This document shows positions 48,996-59,334 of a stretch of 64,000 nt of DNA, one piece after another (positions within the stretch are counted from its first letter, which is position 1; the number at the start of each line of letters is the position of its first letter). A program made the translations under genes and the position numbers. The notes under the pieces were generated by a model. That model had not been told where the DNA came from, did no database searches, and worked only from the letters and a program-made list of their open reading frames with translations. Origin of the DNA: Rikenellaceae bacterium DTU001 (GTDB lineage Bacteria > Bacteroidota > Bacteroidia > Bacteroidales > DTU049); the NCBI GenBank assembly GCA_001512885.1, contig LFSZ01000043.1:2314-66313 (forward strand), in the 5' to 3' direction.

Positions 48996-51980
48996 ATGAG
49001 AACAAAAGTAATACCCTTTTTTTTATCTATTCTATTATTTGCTAATGCAATTAATTTTTTAAATGGGCAAATATCAATAGTACAAGAAGAATTTTACTAT
49101 CACGAATCCACAGGGATGACAATAGAAGATTATGAGCATTACAATCTAATGAATAAAGCTAATATGGCGCCTCGTAAAAAAGATAATTGTGTTTTGACTA
49201 AGTTGGTCTATGGATGGCATCCTTATTGGCAAAATGGCTTACAAACAAACTATGATTGGAATCTCTTAAGTCATTTTGTATATTTTGCCTATGCAATAGA
49301 CCCTGCCACTGGAAATCCTTCTACTACTCAAGCTTTTAGCACTGCTCAATCAGTTACAGACGCTCTAAATGCAGGTGTCAAGGTACATCTATGCGCTACT
49401 CTATTTAGCAATCATTCCACATTTTTAAATAATATTACAGCACAAAGAAATTTTATGCATCAGATCGTAACCTTAGTTTTAAATAGAGGAGCTCATGGAG
49501 TAAATATAGATTTCGAAGGAATGAACTCATCTCATAATGCTGCTTTTGCTAATTTTATGAACGAACTTGCTGATACTTTTCATACACGTATCCCAGGATC
49601 AGAAGTTACTATAGCTCTTAATGCAGTCGAATGGAGTGATGTATTCAACATTAATGCCATGAAAAATAAAGTAGATTATTTCGTCATTATGGGCTACGAT
49701 TATTATTGGGGTGGTAGCACTACTGCAGGCCCTACAGACCCTTTATATAATTTTGTAACCTCATATAATTATACACTTACTAAATCTATTACTCATTATC
49801 TAAATAAAGGTTGTCCACCTAATAAATTAATTCTCGGTTTACCTTATTATGGACGTGAATACGGCACTGTATCCAATACTATACCTTCTGATGTAAATAA
49901 TCCTCCTAATTGTGTATCGCGCACATATAAATTTGTTAGAGACAACACAACAGGACATTACTCTGCTACTAACAAACTGTGGGATCAGGCCTCATTCACA
50001 CCCGCATATATCTTTTATGATGGCACTGAGTGGCGGCAATGTTTCATAGATGATAAATATAGTATGGGTAAGCGCATGGATTTGATTAATCAAAGAGGTA
50101 TAGCAGGTATGGGAATATGGGCTCTGGGTAATGATGATGGTTATTCAGATTTTTGGGATGCTATTAGAGATCATTTTACTACTTGTGCTCTGACGCCTTG
50201 TGTAGATAGCTTATTCGATATGGGTGGACCTCTTAGAAATTATTATGATAATGAAGATTATACATACACTATTTCACCATCAAATGCTCAATCTATTACA
50301 CTTAATTTTACTCAATTAGATTTAGAGCCTAATAATGATATGTTGTGGTTGTATGATGGTAGTTCTACATCTTCTCAATTGATAGGGTCGTTTACAGGTA
50401 ATTCTCTTCCAGGCACTCTTATTGCTAATTCTGGTGCCTTTACTCTAAAGTTTCATTCTAACTCTTCTATTAATAAATCTGGTTTCAAACTATATTATCA
50501 ATGTGATCAGTCTCCAATAGACAATATACCACCAATTACACTTATCTCCCCAATATCTACTTGGCAAACACAAGATTTCTCAGTTATATTTCAAGATTCT
50601 GATGCTGAGAGTGGTATACAAAAGGCTTATTATCAAGTGATCGAATACGACGGTATAGATTGGGGAGCCAATCCCCATAGAGGCTTCTTGGGTGATAATT
50701 TCGATTCACCATCCATAAATAGTAGATGGAACATCATAACAGGAAATTGGGTACAAGAAAATGGTTGTCTCATACAAACAGATTCGTCTATTCATAATAC
50801 TCATATCAGCACTTACCTCGATCAAGAACTTTCTAATAGATATTTATATGAATTTGAAGCAAAAGTACTAGGGAATAATTTGACAAATAAACGTGTAGGC
50901 TTTTATTTTTTCTCTTCTGACTCTGCTTCTGAAAATAGAGGTAATGGATATTTTATCTGGTTTAGATTAGAAACTGGAAAACTCGAATTTTATAAAGTAA
51001 CGAATGATGTTTTCTCTAAAGTACATGAAACTAACTGTCCATTAAACTTAAACCAATGGTACAATATAAAAGTAATATATGATAGAATAGATGGTGGGAT
51101 ATGGGTTTATGTCAATAATTTATTAAAAGGTAAATGGATAGATAGTCAACCTTATAATAATGGTAGTTATATATCTTTCAGAACAGGCAATTGTTCAGCA
51201 CAATTTAATCAAATCAAGGTCTATCGTTCTCGTTACGAAAATGCAACAATACATATAGGTGTAGGTCCCGATAATTCTAAGGAATTGAGATATCAAAGTA
51301 TCAATACTTTGTCACCTGCTGGCAAGATCAAAAGCATTGTCCAAGATAATGCAGATAACCTTTCGAATACTGCTATGTGTGATGTATATGTAGATTATAC
51401 TCCTCCTATACCGCCTTCTTATGTTTGGGATGGCATAGGACAAGATTATGATACCATTTTTTTATTACCGATATCTACTCAATGGGACCATGCCCAAGAT
51501 CCTAATAGTGGCATTAGTCATTATGAAGTTTGTCTAGGTTCTCAACCTGGTTATAATGATATAGTCGATTGGATAAATGTGGGAACTAATAATTTTTATT
51601 CATTTAATCCAACAAGTTTAATTTATGATAATTTTTATTATATTACAGTTAAAACTTTTAATAATGCAGGTATGAGTATTCAGACTTTTAGTGATGGATT
51701 TAGATATATAGTGGTTGATCAAATATCAATTTTTAATCAAAATAACAAGCCATGGATCATCTATCCTAATCCTGCCAATGATCACATATATATAAAAGGT
51801 GATATAAATATCGAAAAATTATCAATTTATAGTTTGCTAGGAGCTAAAATAGATTGTCCTATTATCGAAAAGCATAATAATAAAGTGGCCATCCAAATAG
51901 ATCACTTATCATCAGGTATTTATATTTTTCAAATAAATTCTGGTAATCAAATATATTTTTATACATGGGAAAAGCAATAA
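48996..51980 (+). CDS. Secreted multidomain GH18-family glycosyl hydrolase (GH18 + CUB-like + concanavalin/LamG-like + Ig/Fn3-like + T9SS C-terminal sorting domain)
   Basis: Signal peptide. GH18 catalytic block HGVNIDFEG (D172, E174; E174 at nt 49515-49517). CUB-like segment CVDSLFDMGGPLRNYYDNEDYTYTISP ... LWLYDG ... FKLYYQC. Lectin-like segment WNIITGNWVQENGCLIQ ... YFIWF ... IKVYRS. C-terminal T9SS-type CTD IIYPNPANDHIYIKG ... LSSGIYIFQI. Confidence 0.8.
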   Translation: MRTKVIPFFLSILLFANAINFLNGQISIVQEEFYYHESTGMTIEDYEHYNLMNKANMAPRKKDNCVLTKLVYGWHPYWQNGLQTNYDWNLLSHFVYFAYAIDPATGNPSTTQAFSTAQSVTDALNAGVKVHLCATLFSNHSTFLNNITAQRNFMHQIVTLVLNRGAHGVNIDFEGMNSSHNAAFANFMNELADTFHTRIPGSEVTIALNAVEWSDVFNINAMKNKVDYFVIMGYDYYWGGSTTAGPTDPLYNFVTSYNYTLTKSITHYLNKGCPPNKLILGLPYYGREYGTVSNTIPSDVNNPPNCVSRTYKFVRDNTTGHYSATNKLWDQASFTPAYIFYDGTEWRQCFIDDKYSMGKRMDLINQRGIAGMGIWALGNDDGYSDFWDAIRDHFTTCALTPCVDSLFDMGGPLRNYYDNEDYTYTISPSNAQSITLNFTQLDLEPNNDMLWLYDGSSTSSQLIGSFTGNSLPGTLIANSGAFTLKFHSNSSINKSGFKLYYQCDQSPIDNIPPITLISPISTWQTQDFSVIFQDSDAESGIQKAYYQVIEYDGIDWGANPHRGFLGDNFDSPSINSRWNIITGNWVQENGCLIQTDSSIHNTHISTYLDQELSNRYLYEFEAKVLGNNLTNKRVGFYFFSSDSASENRGNGYFIWFRLETGKLEFYKVTNDVFSKVHETNCPLNLNQWYNIKVIYDRIDGGIWVYVNNLLKGKWIDSQPYNNGSYISFRTGNCSAQFNQIKVYRSRYENATIHIGVGPDNSKELRYQSINTLSPAGKIKSIVQDNADNLSNTAMCDVYVDYTPPIPPSYVWDGIGQDYDTIFLLPISTQWDHAQDPNSGISHYEVCLGSQPGYNDIVDWINVGTNNFYSFNPTSLIYDNFYYITVKTFNNAGMSIQTFSDGFRYIVVDQISIFNQNNKPWIIYPNPANDHIYIKGDINIEKLSIYSLLGAKIDCPIIEKHNNKVAIQIDHLSSGIYIFQINSGNQIYFYTWEKQ

Positions 51981-52747
51981 ATTACATAGATACTCATGCG
52001 CATATATACTTAGAGGATTTCGATAAAGATAGAAAAGACGTTTTAGAAAGGGCTGAAAAAGCAGGCATAGATTTAATTATACTTCCAGCCATAGATATGA
52101 GCACTTTTGATGCTATGTGGCAGTGCTATCAAGTAAATGTAAATTTACAAAAAATGATGATAGGATTGCATCCTGGTAGTGTAAAAGAAGATTATAAATT
52201 AGAATTAAATTTTATAGAAAATCAATTACAAAATAATGTAAATAGTTTCATTGGTATTGGAGAAATAGGAATGGATTTATATTGGGCTAAAACTTACATA
52301 GTAGAGCAAAGGATAGTCCTTATACAGCAATTACAATGGGCTATACAATATGACTTACCAGTTTGCATTCATCAGAGAAATTCATTACATGAAATTATTT
52401 CTATATTAGATGAGTTTTCTAATAAACCAAGGGGTATATTTCATTGTTTTACAGGAACTTATGAAGAGGCTAAAATAATTATTGATCGCGGTTTTATGCT
52501 AGGAATAGGTGGTATTATTACCTTTAAAAATAATAAATTGGCACAAACTATATCACAAATTGGCTTAGATTATTTAGTTTTAGAGACAGATGCACCATAT
52601 CTAACACCAGTACCATATAGAGGTAAAAGAAATGAAAGCTCCTTTATACCACATATTGCTAAGAAAATTGCTGAAATTCTTAAAATAGATATAAAAAAAG
52701 TAGCATTTAAAACAACTATGAATGCTAAAAATTTATTTTCTTTATAA
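51965..52747 (+). CDS. TatD-family metal-dependent hydrolase
   Basis: IDTHAHIY, GEIGMDLY, IHQRN, FHCFTG and LETDAPYL. It overlaps the upstream stop by 16 nt. Confidence 0.9.
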   Translation: MGKAINYIDTHAHIYLEDFDKDRKDVLERAEKAGIDLIILPAIDMSTFDAMWQCYQVNVNLQKMMIGLHPGSVKEDYKLELNFIENQLQNNVNSFIGIGEIGMDLYWAKTYIVEQRIVLIQQLQWAIQYDLPVCIHQRNSLHEIISILDEFSNKPRGIFHCFTGTYEEAKIIIDRGFMLGIGGIITFKNNKLAQTISQIGLDYLVLETDAPYLTPVPYRGKRNESSFIPHIAKKIAEILKIDIKKVAFKTTMNAKNLFSL

Positions 52748-52781
52748 TTAAATTTACTTTTGCTTTTTGATATATTTTTCA

Positions 52782-52789
52782 TACATTTG
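52782..52789 (+). promoter_or_regulatory. Bacteroidota-type -7 box (TACATTTG) upstream of gyrA
   Basis: Matches TAnnTTTG, with 19 nt between the box and the ATG at 52809. Confidence 0.4.
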
Positions 52790-52808
52790 CAAATAATTTT
52801 ACTATATT

Positions 52809-55328
52809 ATGGAAGACAATGAATTAACTCAAAGTGGAGGGCAGATAATTGATATAAATATCGAAGATCAGATGAAAACTGCCTACATTAACTACTCAAT
52901 GTCTGTGATAGTTTCTCGGGCTCTCCCAGATGTACGTGATGGACTAAAACCTGTACATAGAAGAGTATTGTATGGCATGTACGAATTAGGTCTTTTTTCT
53001 AATAGACCAACCAAAAAAAGTGCTCGTATAGTAGGAGAAGTATTAGGTAAATATCACCCTCATGGTGATTCATCTGTATATGATGCTATGGTACGTCTAG
53101 CTCAACCGTGGTCTATGCGATATCCATTAGTAGAGGGGCAAGGTAATTTTGGGTCTATAGACGGTGATAGCCCTGCAGCTATGCGTTATACAGAAGCCAA
53201 ACTTACTAAGCTTGCCGAAGAAATGTTAGCTGATTTAGAAAAAGATACTGTAGATTTTCAAAATAATTTCGATGATTCCTTAAAAGAACCTACAGTTTTA
53301 CCTGCCAAGATACCCAATCTGTTACTTAATGGAGCCTCAGGGATAGCTGTAGGTATGGCTACTAATATGCCTCCTCATAATTTATCCGAAGTAGTGGATG
53401 GCATCATTGCATATATAGATAATAGAGATATTACTGTAGAGGAATTAATGAATTATATAAAAGGTCCTGATTTTCCTACTGGTGGACTTATTTATGGAAT
53501 TGATGGCGTCATAGAAGCTTATAATACAGGTAGAGGTAGAGTATGCATACGCGGTGAAGCAGAAATCATAGAACATAATAATAAACATCAAATTATTATT
53601 TCTAGTATTCCTTATCAAGTTAATAAAAGTGATTTAGTGCAAAAAATGGCTGCACTGGTAGAATCTAAAAAAATTGATGGGATTACTGATATACGGGACG
53701 AATCTGATAGAGAAGGCATACGTATTGTGATAGACATGCGTAGAGATGCTAATGCTAATGTTATTTTAAATTCACTTTATAGATTTAGTCCATTACAATC
53801 TACTTTTAGTATCAATAATATAGCACTCGTAAATGGTAAGCCTGAAACATTGAATCTAATTCAATTAATCCATTATTACGTTGAACACAGGCATGAAGTC
53901 ATAATTCGTAGATCTCAATATGAATTAAATGAAGCTGAAAAAAGAGCACATATCTTAGAAGGCTTATTGAAAGCATTGGATTTTATCGATGAAGTGATAG
54001 CCATTATTCGTAGTAGTGAAACAGTAGAAATTGCTAAAAATGGTTTGATGCAACGTTTTGATTTCACAGATATACAAGCTACAGCTATTATTGATATGAG
54101 ATTGAGAACTTTGACTGGACTCGAGCGTGATAAATTGCAAAGTGAATACGATGAGTTGATGAAAAAAATTGCTTACCTCAAACATGTCTTGAGTGACGAA
54201 AACTTGCAAATGCAAATAATAAAAGATGAACTACTAGAAATCAAACAAAAATATGGTGATAAACCTAGAACAGATATAGATATTCATGGTAAAAATGTTA
54301 GAATTGAAGATTTGATAGCTGACGAACCAGTAGTTATCACAATATCTCATCTTGGTTATATCAAACGAACTAAATTAAGTGATTATCGTAGTCAAAATAG
54401 AGGTGGTAAAGGCAAGATAGCATCTGATATCAGAGATGAAGATTTTATAGAAAATTTGTATATAGCTACTAATCATGATTATTTACTATTATTTACTCGA
54501 AAAGGAAAAGTTTACTGGTTACGTGTATTCGAAATACCCGAAGCTGCTCGCAATGCTAAAGGAAAGCCAATACAAAATCTAATAGCCTTAGATAGTGATG
54601 ATAAAATACAAACTATTATTAATACTAAAAATCTTGATGACCATGATGCTATTAAAAATGATTATGTGATTTTTATAACTACTAAAGGAATTATCAAAAA
54701 AACAAGTCTTACAGCTTTTGCACGCCCTCGCAGTACTGGTATAATAGCTTTGAATATTAGAGATGGTGATGATTTATTACAAGTAGCCCTTACTCATGGT
54801 AAATCAGAAATAGTAGTTGCTACTAGTCAAGGTAAAACTGTACGTTTTAATGAAGAAGAAGTACGTCCGATGGGTAGAACTGCGATAGGTGTTAAAGCTA
54901 TAACTTTAAGTTCTAAAGATGATAGTGTGATAGGTATGGTAGTAATGGAAGATGAAAATCAACAAATATTGGTGATTTCTGAAAAAGGTTATGGAAAACG
55001 TTCATTTTTATCAGCTTATCGAAAAACTCATCGTGCTACTAAAGGTATAAAAGCTATGAACATAACTGAAAAAACTGGAAAACTGATCAGTATAATTGAT
55101 GTAACTAATGAAAATGATGACATTATGCTGATCACTAAAAATGGCATAGGTATACGTCTTAATATTTCTAATATCCGATTACAAAATAGAGTAACTCAAG
55201 GGTCACGTTTGATTCAATTACAAAATGATGATGCTATTGCCTCTGTTGCCAAAATAGCTCATGACATTGATGATGATGATACAGAAAATATAGAAGCCGA
55301 AATTAGCTTAGAAGAAAATAATGAATAG
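52809..55328 (+). CDS. gyrA: DNA gyrase subunit A
   Basis: [57 protein letters not shown], and a C-terminal beta-pinwheel with an acidic tail. Confidence 0.97.
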   Translation: MEDNELTQSGGQIIDINIEDQMKTAYINYSMSVIVSRALPDVRDGLKPVHRRVLYGMYELGLFSNRPTKKSARIVGEVLGKYHPHGDSSVYDAMVRLAQPWSMRYPLVEGQGNFGSIDGDSPAAMRYTEAKLTKLAEEMLADLEKDTVDFQNNFDDSLKEPTVLPAKIPNLLLNGASGIAVGMATNMPPHNLSEVVDGIIAYIDNRDITVEELMNYIKGPDFPTGGLIYGIDGVIEAYNTGRGRVCIRGEAEIIEHNNKHQIIISSIPYQVNKSDLVQKMAALVESKKIDGITDIRDESDREGIRIVIDMRRDANANVILNSLYRFSPLQSTFSINNIALVNGKPETLNLIQLIHYYVEHRHEVIIRRSQYELNEAEKRAHILEGLLKALDFIDEVIAIIRSSETVEIAKNGLMQRFDFTDIQATAIIDMRLRTLTGLERDKLQSEYDELMKKIAYLKHVLSDENLQMQIIKDELLEIKQKYGDKPRTDIDIHGKNVRIEDLIADEPVVITISHLGYIKRTKLSDYRSQNRGGKGKIASDIRDEDFIENLYIATNHDYLLLFTRKGKVYWLRVFEIPEAARNAKGKPIQNLIALDSDDKIQTIINTKNLDDHDAIKNDYVIFITTKGIIKKTSLTAFARPRSTGIIALNIRDGDDLLQVALTHGKSEIVVATSQGKTVRFNEEEVRPMGRTAIGVKAITLSSKDDSVIGMVVMEDENQQILVISEKGYGKRSFLSAYRKTHRATKGIKAMNITEKTGKLISIIDVTNENDDIMLITKNGIGIRLNISNIRLQNRVTQGSRLIQLQNDDAIASVAKIAHDIDDDDTENIEAEISLEENNE

Positions 55329-55384
55329 AAAAATTCACAAATATTTAAAAAATTTGTATTAAATTTGTATAAAAAATTAACAGT

Positions 55385-56593
55385 ATGAAAACTAAAAGTT
55401 TTTTAATAAGTATGATACTTTTAATAAGCGTGAGTAGTTTTGCTCAATCAAATAAAGTATTAGATGCTTATAATTATTTAAAAGCAGGAAAATTAGATAA
55501 AGCTAAAGCAGCTATAGATGCTGCGGCTCAATATCCAGATACTAAAGATGATCCTAAAACTTGGCTCTACAAAGGCAATGTTTACTTGGCTATTGCTTTT
55601 ACTAAAGATGATAAATATAAACAGCTGACTCCTAACCCTCTCGATACAGCCTTAGAAGCATATAAAAAATGTCTCATTTTAGACCCAGATTTTACAGTAT
55701 CAACTGCTGTACCGCCACATCCTAATATGGGACTCAAATTAATAGCTGATGAATACTTTAATATAGGGGCTACATATTTCAATAATAAAGACTATAATAA
55801 TGCATTAGTTTATTTCGAAAAGTCTCGAAATACAAGAAAAATTTTTACAAAAGAGGTTGATACTTTAGCCAATTTTTATGGTGCTATAGCAGCTCTTAAT
55901 CTACAAGATACTATTACAGCTGAAAAACTTTTAAAGGAGCTAACTACTGCTACTAATTATAATGAACCAAGAGTTTTTACTCTATTATTTGATATTTATT
56001 TAGCTAAAAAAGATACTGATAATATGCTTAAAACAATTCAATTAGGTAAAAAAAGATTTCCTAATGATAATGATATTTTATTGAGAGAAATAAATTATTA
56101 TCTAATTACTGGTGATTTAGAAAAATCTCAATTACTATTGCAAGAAGCCATCACTAAAGATCCTAATAATCCTATGTTGTATTATGTAATAGGTACTAAT
56201 TATGATCAACTGGCCCAAGATACTACTTTATCTCAAGAGAGAAGGGATTTATTTTTCGAACAAGCTAAAAAATCATATCAAAAAGCTATTGAGTTAAATC
56301 CTGATTTTTATGAAGCATATTACAACTATGGTGCATTGCTATTTAATAAAGGCGTAGAGATTTTCAATAAAGCTAATAAGCTGCCTCCAACAGAACAAGC
56401 TGAATATGAAAATTTGAAAAAAGTATATGAATCTCTTTGGCATCAATCATTACCTTTATTAGAAAAAGCACTAACTATTCAACCAGATGATATCCCTACT
56501 CTATACACACTCAGAACTATATATGCTAGATTGTCTATGCCTGATAAATTAAAAGAAATAAATCAAAAAATAGAATTGCTAGAAAAAAATTAA
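55385..56593 (+). CDS. Secreted TPR-repeat protein
   Basis: Signal peptide (VSSFAQ) and TPR-like repeats (e.g. YNNALVYFEKS, AIELNPDFYEAYYNYGALLFNKG). Confidence 0.7.
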   Translation: MKTKSFLISMILLISVSSFAQSNKVLDAYNYLKAGKLDKAKAAIDAAAQYPDTKDDPKTWLYKGNVYLAIAFTKDDKYKQLTPNPLDTALEAYKKCLILDPDFTVSTAVPPHPNMGLKLIADEYFNIGATYFNNKDYNNALVYFEKSRNTRKIFTKEVDTLANFYGAIAALNLQDTITAEKLLKELTTATNYNEPRVFTLLFDIYLAKKDTDNMLKTIQLGKKRFPNDNDILLREINYYLITGDLEKSQLLLQEAITKDPNNPMLYYVIGTNYDQLAQDTTLSQERRDLFFEQAKKSYQKAIELNPDFYEAYYNYGALLFNKGVEIFNKANKLPPTEQAEYENLKKVYESLWHQSLPLLEKALTIQPDDIPTLYTLRTIYARLSMPDKLKEINQKIELLEKN

Positions 56594-56601
56594 AAAAAAT
56601 A

Positions 56602-56619
56602 TATATTAAAATTTATAAA
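56602..56619 (+). repeat. 18-nt direct repeat copy 1 (TATATTAAAATTTATAAA)
   Basis: An identical 18-mer recurs at 56672-56689. The two copies bracket the terminator hairpin. Confidence 0.6.
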
Positions 56620-56652
56620 AGGAGTTATTTATCATAAATAACTCCTTTTTTT
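56617..56652 (+). terminator. Rho-independent terminator downstream of TPR gene
   Basis: AAAAGGAGTTATTTA-TCA-TAAATAACTCCTTTT forms a 15-bp perfect stem whose 3' arm runs into a T7 tract. It starts 24 nt after the stop codon. Confidence 0.65.
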
Positions 56653-56671
56653 ATCACATACATTGAAATAT

Positions 56672-56689
56672 TATATTAAAATTTATAAA
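56672..56689 (+). repeat. 18-nt direct repeat copy 2 (TATATTAAAATTTATAAA)
   Basis: Identical to 56602-56619. Confidence 0.6.
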
Positions 56690-56877
56690 CCTTACTATGC
56701 CTTATTTTGCTCTCGTAATTTCCTAATAATTACTTTGTTATATAGCTCCTTACTATTGGGATAACTTAAATTATGAAATATATTTGCGCATAAATATATA
56801 TGATATTTGTCATTTTATACATATTTATGTTGAATATGTTTTAATTTTGTATAAATAAATCAAATAATTTAGGTAAT

Positions 56878-57630
56878 ATGAAAAAATTAGAAAATAAAAT
56901 CGCGATAATAACTGGAGCTGCTAAAGGTATGGGGAGAGAGGAAGCTATTTTATTTGCTAACGAAGGAGCTAAAATTGTTGTAACAGATATTCTAATAGAT
57001 GAGGCTAAAATAGTTGCTAATGAAATAATAAAAAATAATGGCGAAGCAATAGCATTTAAACTAGATGTAGCTAAAGCTAAAGACTGGGAAAAATTAATTG
57101 ACCAAATTATGGACAGATGGGGCAAAGTAGATATATTGGTAAATAATGCTGGTATATTAAATTTGTGTGGTATAGAAGAAATCACTGAAAAGGAATGGGA
57201 TAAAATTATGGAAATTAATGCGAAAGGAACTTTTTTGGGTATTAAGTATGTATTGCCTGCTATGAAATTGACTAAAAATGGATCTATTATTAATATCTCT
57301 TCTATTTATGGTTTGGTTGGTAGTGGTGCAGCCGTAGCATATCATGCTTCTAAAGGCGCTGTGAGGCTTTTGACAAAAACAGTTGCTGCCGAATTAGCTA
57401 AATATAATATTCGTGTCAACTCAATTCACCCAGGTGTCATTAAAACCCCTATGACTGATGATTTATTAAAAAATCCAGAAAATGCTAAAAATCTGCTTGG
57501 CACCACTGTATTAGGAAGAGCTGCTGAACCTATAGAAGTAGCTTACGGTGCATTGTTTTTAGCTTCTGATGATGCTTCCTACGTTACTGGTTCTGAATTA
57601 GTAATAGATGGTGGATACACAGCTTTGTAA
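56878..57630 (+). CDS. Short-chain dehydrogenase/reductase (classical SDR, FabG/glucose-dehydrogenase-like)
   Basis: Cofactor motif ITGAAKGMGR, NNAG and catalytic YHASKGAV. 250 aa. Confidence 0.85.
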   Translation: MKKLENKIAIITGAAKGMGREEAILFANEGAKIVVTDILIDEAKIVANEIIKNNGEAIAFKLDVAKAKDWEKLIDQIMDRWGKVDILVNNAGILNLCGIEEITEKEWDKIMEINAKGTFLGIKYVLPAMKLTKNGSIINISSIYGLVGSGAAVAYHASKGAVRLLTKTVAAELAKYNIRVNSIHPGVIKTPMTDDLLKNPENAKNLLGTTVLGRAAEPIEVAYGALFLASDDASYVTGSELVIDGGYTAL

Positions 57631-57647
57631 ATTAATAAATTAATTTT

Positions 57648-57655
57648 TAATTTTG
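57648..57655 (+). promoter_or_regulatory. Bacteroidota-type -7 box (TAATTTTG) upstream of rubredoxin
   Basis: Matches TAnnTTTG, with 21 nt between the box and the ATG at 57677. Confidence 0.4.
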
Positions 57656-57676
57656 CATGTCAAAAAATAAAAAGAT

Positions 57677-57841
57677 ATGAAAAAGTATGAATGTGATATT
57701 TGTGGTTATATTTATGATCCACAAAAAGGTGATCCAGATTCTGGTATAGCACCAGGTACGCCTTTTGAAGAATTACCTGATGATTGGGTGTGTCCTATAT
57801 GTGGCGCTGATAAATCAGAATTTAGCGAACTAGAAGATTGA
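57677..57841 (+). CDS. Rubredoxin (54 aa; absent from supplied ORF track)
   Basis: Hand translation gives [54 protein letters not shown]. It carries the classic CxxCG ... CPxCG iron-binding pairs and the conserved Y, PGT.F and W residues. TGA stop at 57839-57841. Confidence 0.85.
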   Translation: MKKYECDICGYIYDPQKGDPDSGIAPGTPFEELPDDWVCPICGADKSEFSELED

Positions 57842-58004
57842 TTTTTAATACCAATTTTGCAGAATTTATAAAATTTACAACGTACAAAAACTTATAAACA
57901 TAAATTTTTTAATTGATCCCTTCTAATAATTATGTTAATTTAGTATACTCTAGATCGTGAGTATTAGATTTGTAAATCATTAAAATGTAGGGTTATAAAT
58001 TACC

Positions 58005-58895
58005 TCAAATTGGTTCTGTATGAATATTTATAATGGTTTCTTTGCCAAATTTATTACGTATTTTACTTTCTATCTCACTGGCTACATCATGCGAATGAAC
58101 AAAAGTAATATTTTTATCTAATTTCACATGAACATCTATTGCATAAATATTACCAATTTTTCTAGTTTTTAAATTATGACAATCTTTAACGTCTGGATGT
58201 GATTTGATAATATCGACAATTTCATTTTCTAAATTTTCGGGAAGCGATGATTCTAATAGTTCATTGATAGCAGGTAATAAAATTTTCAAAGCAGCCCATA
58301 TAATAAATCCGCTTACCAATATACCAGCTATAGGATCAAGTATGTGAGCTTTTTCGCCTAAAAATATTGCTCCACCAATACCTAAAGCTGTTCCTACTGA
58401 TGATAAAGCATCTGAACGGTGGTGCCATGCATTAGCTATCACTGCTTGATTATTTGTTTTTTTCCCTATTTTTATAGTGTACCAATACAAAGACTCTTTA
58501 GTGATGATAGATACAATAGCAGCTATAAATGCTATCATACCAGGAGCAGCAATAGATTTGCCCTTAATTACATATGAAACTTTATTAATACCATTGATTA
58601 AAATACCTATGCCCACTGCTAACAAAATAGCACTTACTAATAAAGAAGCAAAAGTTTCGAATTTGCCATGTCCGTAATCATGTGTTGCATCACGCTGCTT
58701 TGCTGAAATACTAACAAAAACTATAACTATTAAATCTGTAACAAAATCTGAAATAGAATGAATAGCATCAGCTAGCATAGCAGTACTTTTGCCAAATATA
58801 CCCGCAAATAGTTTAAAAAAGCAAAGAATAAGATTTACAAAAAAACCAATCCATGATACTCTAATAGCATCACGAGTACGGATATCACTATTCAT
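58005..58895 (-). CDS. Cation diffusion facilitator (CDF) family divalent-metal efflux transporter
   Basis: Six TM helices with metal-site motifs HSISDFVTD and HHRSDALSS, plus a C-terminal cytoplasmic domain. Confidence 0.85.
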   Translation of the reverse strand: MNSDIRTRDAIRVSWIGFFVNLILCFFKLFAGIFGKSTAMLADAIHSISDFVTDLIVIVFVSISAKQRDATHDYGHGKFETFASLLVSAILLAVGIGILINGINKVSYVIKGKSIAAPGMIAFIAAIVSIITKESLYWYTIKIGKKTNNQAVIANAWHHRSDALSSVGTALGIGGAIFLGEKAHILDPIAGILVSGFIIWAALKILLPAINELLESSLPENLENEIVDIIKSHPDVKDCHNLKTRKIGNIYAIDVHVKLDKNITFVHSHDVASEIESKIRNKFGKETIINIHTEPI

Positions 58896-59029
58896 AAAAA
58901 TTTTTTACAAAAATAAAAATTTTATTATTTATTTTTATAGTGCTAAAAATAGTAAACAAGAATATTTTTTTTGATTATTAGAATATATTAAAATTATAAT
59001 TAAAAAAATTGTACAATAATATAATAAAT

Positions 59030-59305
59030 TTATGCTGTAGTAGCAGCTGAATTCAATCGTTTATTTAATTCTTTTGTGATTTTATGTTTTAGATTTGCAC
59101 CTTTGTTTTTATGTATTATTCCACGTTTCACATTTTTGTCAATGATAGAATATAAAGATGGTAGCATCTGAGCTGCCTCTTGGGGATCAGCAGTTGCATA
59201 AAATTTCTTTACCATAGTGCGCATGGTTTTATTGTAATATCGATTATAAAGTCGTTTTTTTTCGTTAGAACGAATACGTTTCTTTGCAGATTTATGATGT
59301 GCCAT
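59030..59305 (-). CDS. rpsT: 30S ribosomal protein S20
   Basis: MAHHKSAKKRIRSNEKKRLYNR. A 91-aa basic protein. Confidence 0.9.
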   Translation of the reverse strand: MAHHKSAKKRIRSNEKKRLYNRYYNKTMRTMVKKFYATADPQEAAQMLPSLYSIIDKNVKRGIIHKNKGANLKHKITKELNKRLNSAATTA

Positions 59306-59334
59306 AATTTACTTTGATTTTTTTTTAAAATTAG

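Noticed and set aside
55334-55340. An exact Rex half-site TTCACAA just downstream of gyrA.
   Set aside because: The partner half at the correct spacing (GAATAGA) does not match TTGTGAA. Only a trivial 5-nt inverted repeat (TGAAT/ATTCA) is present, and the site lies between a stop codon and a TPR gene with no link to redox metabolism.
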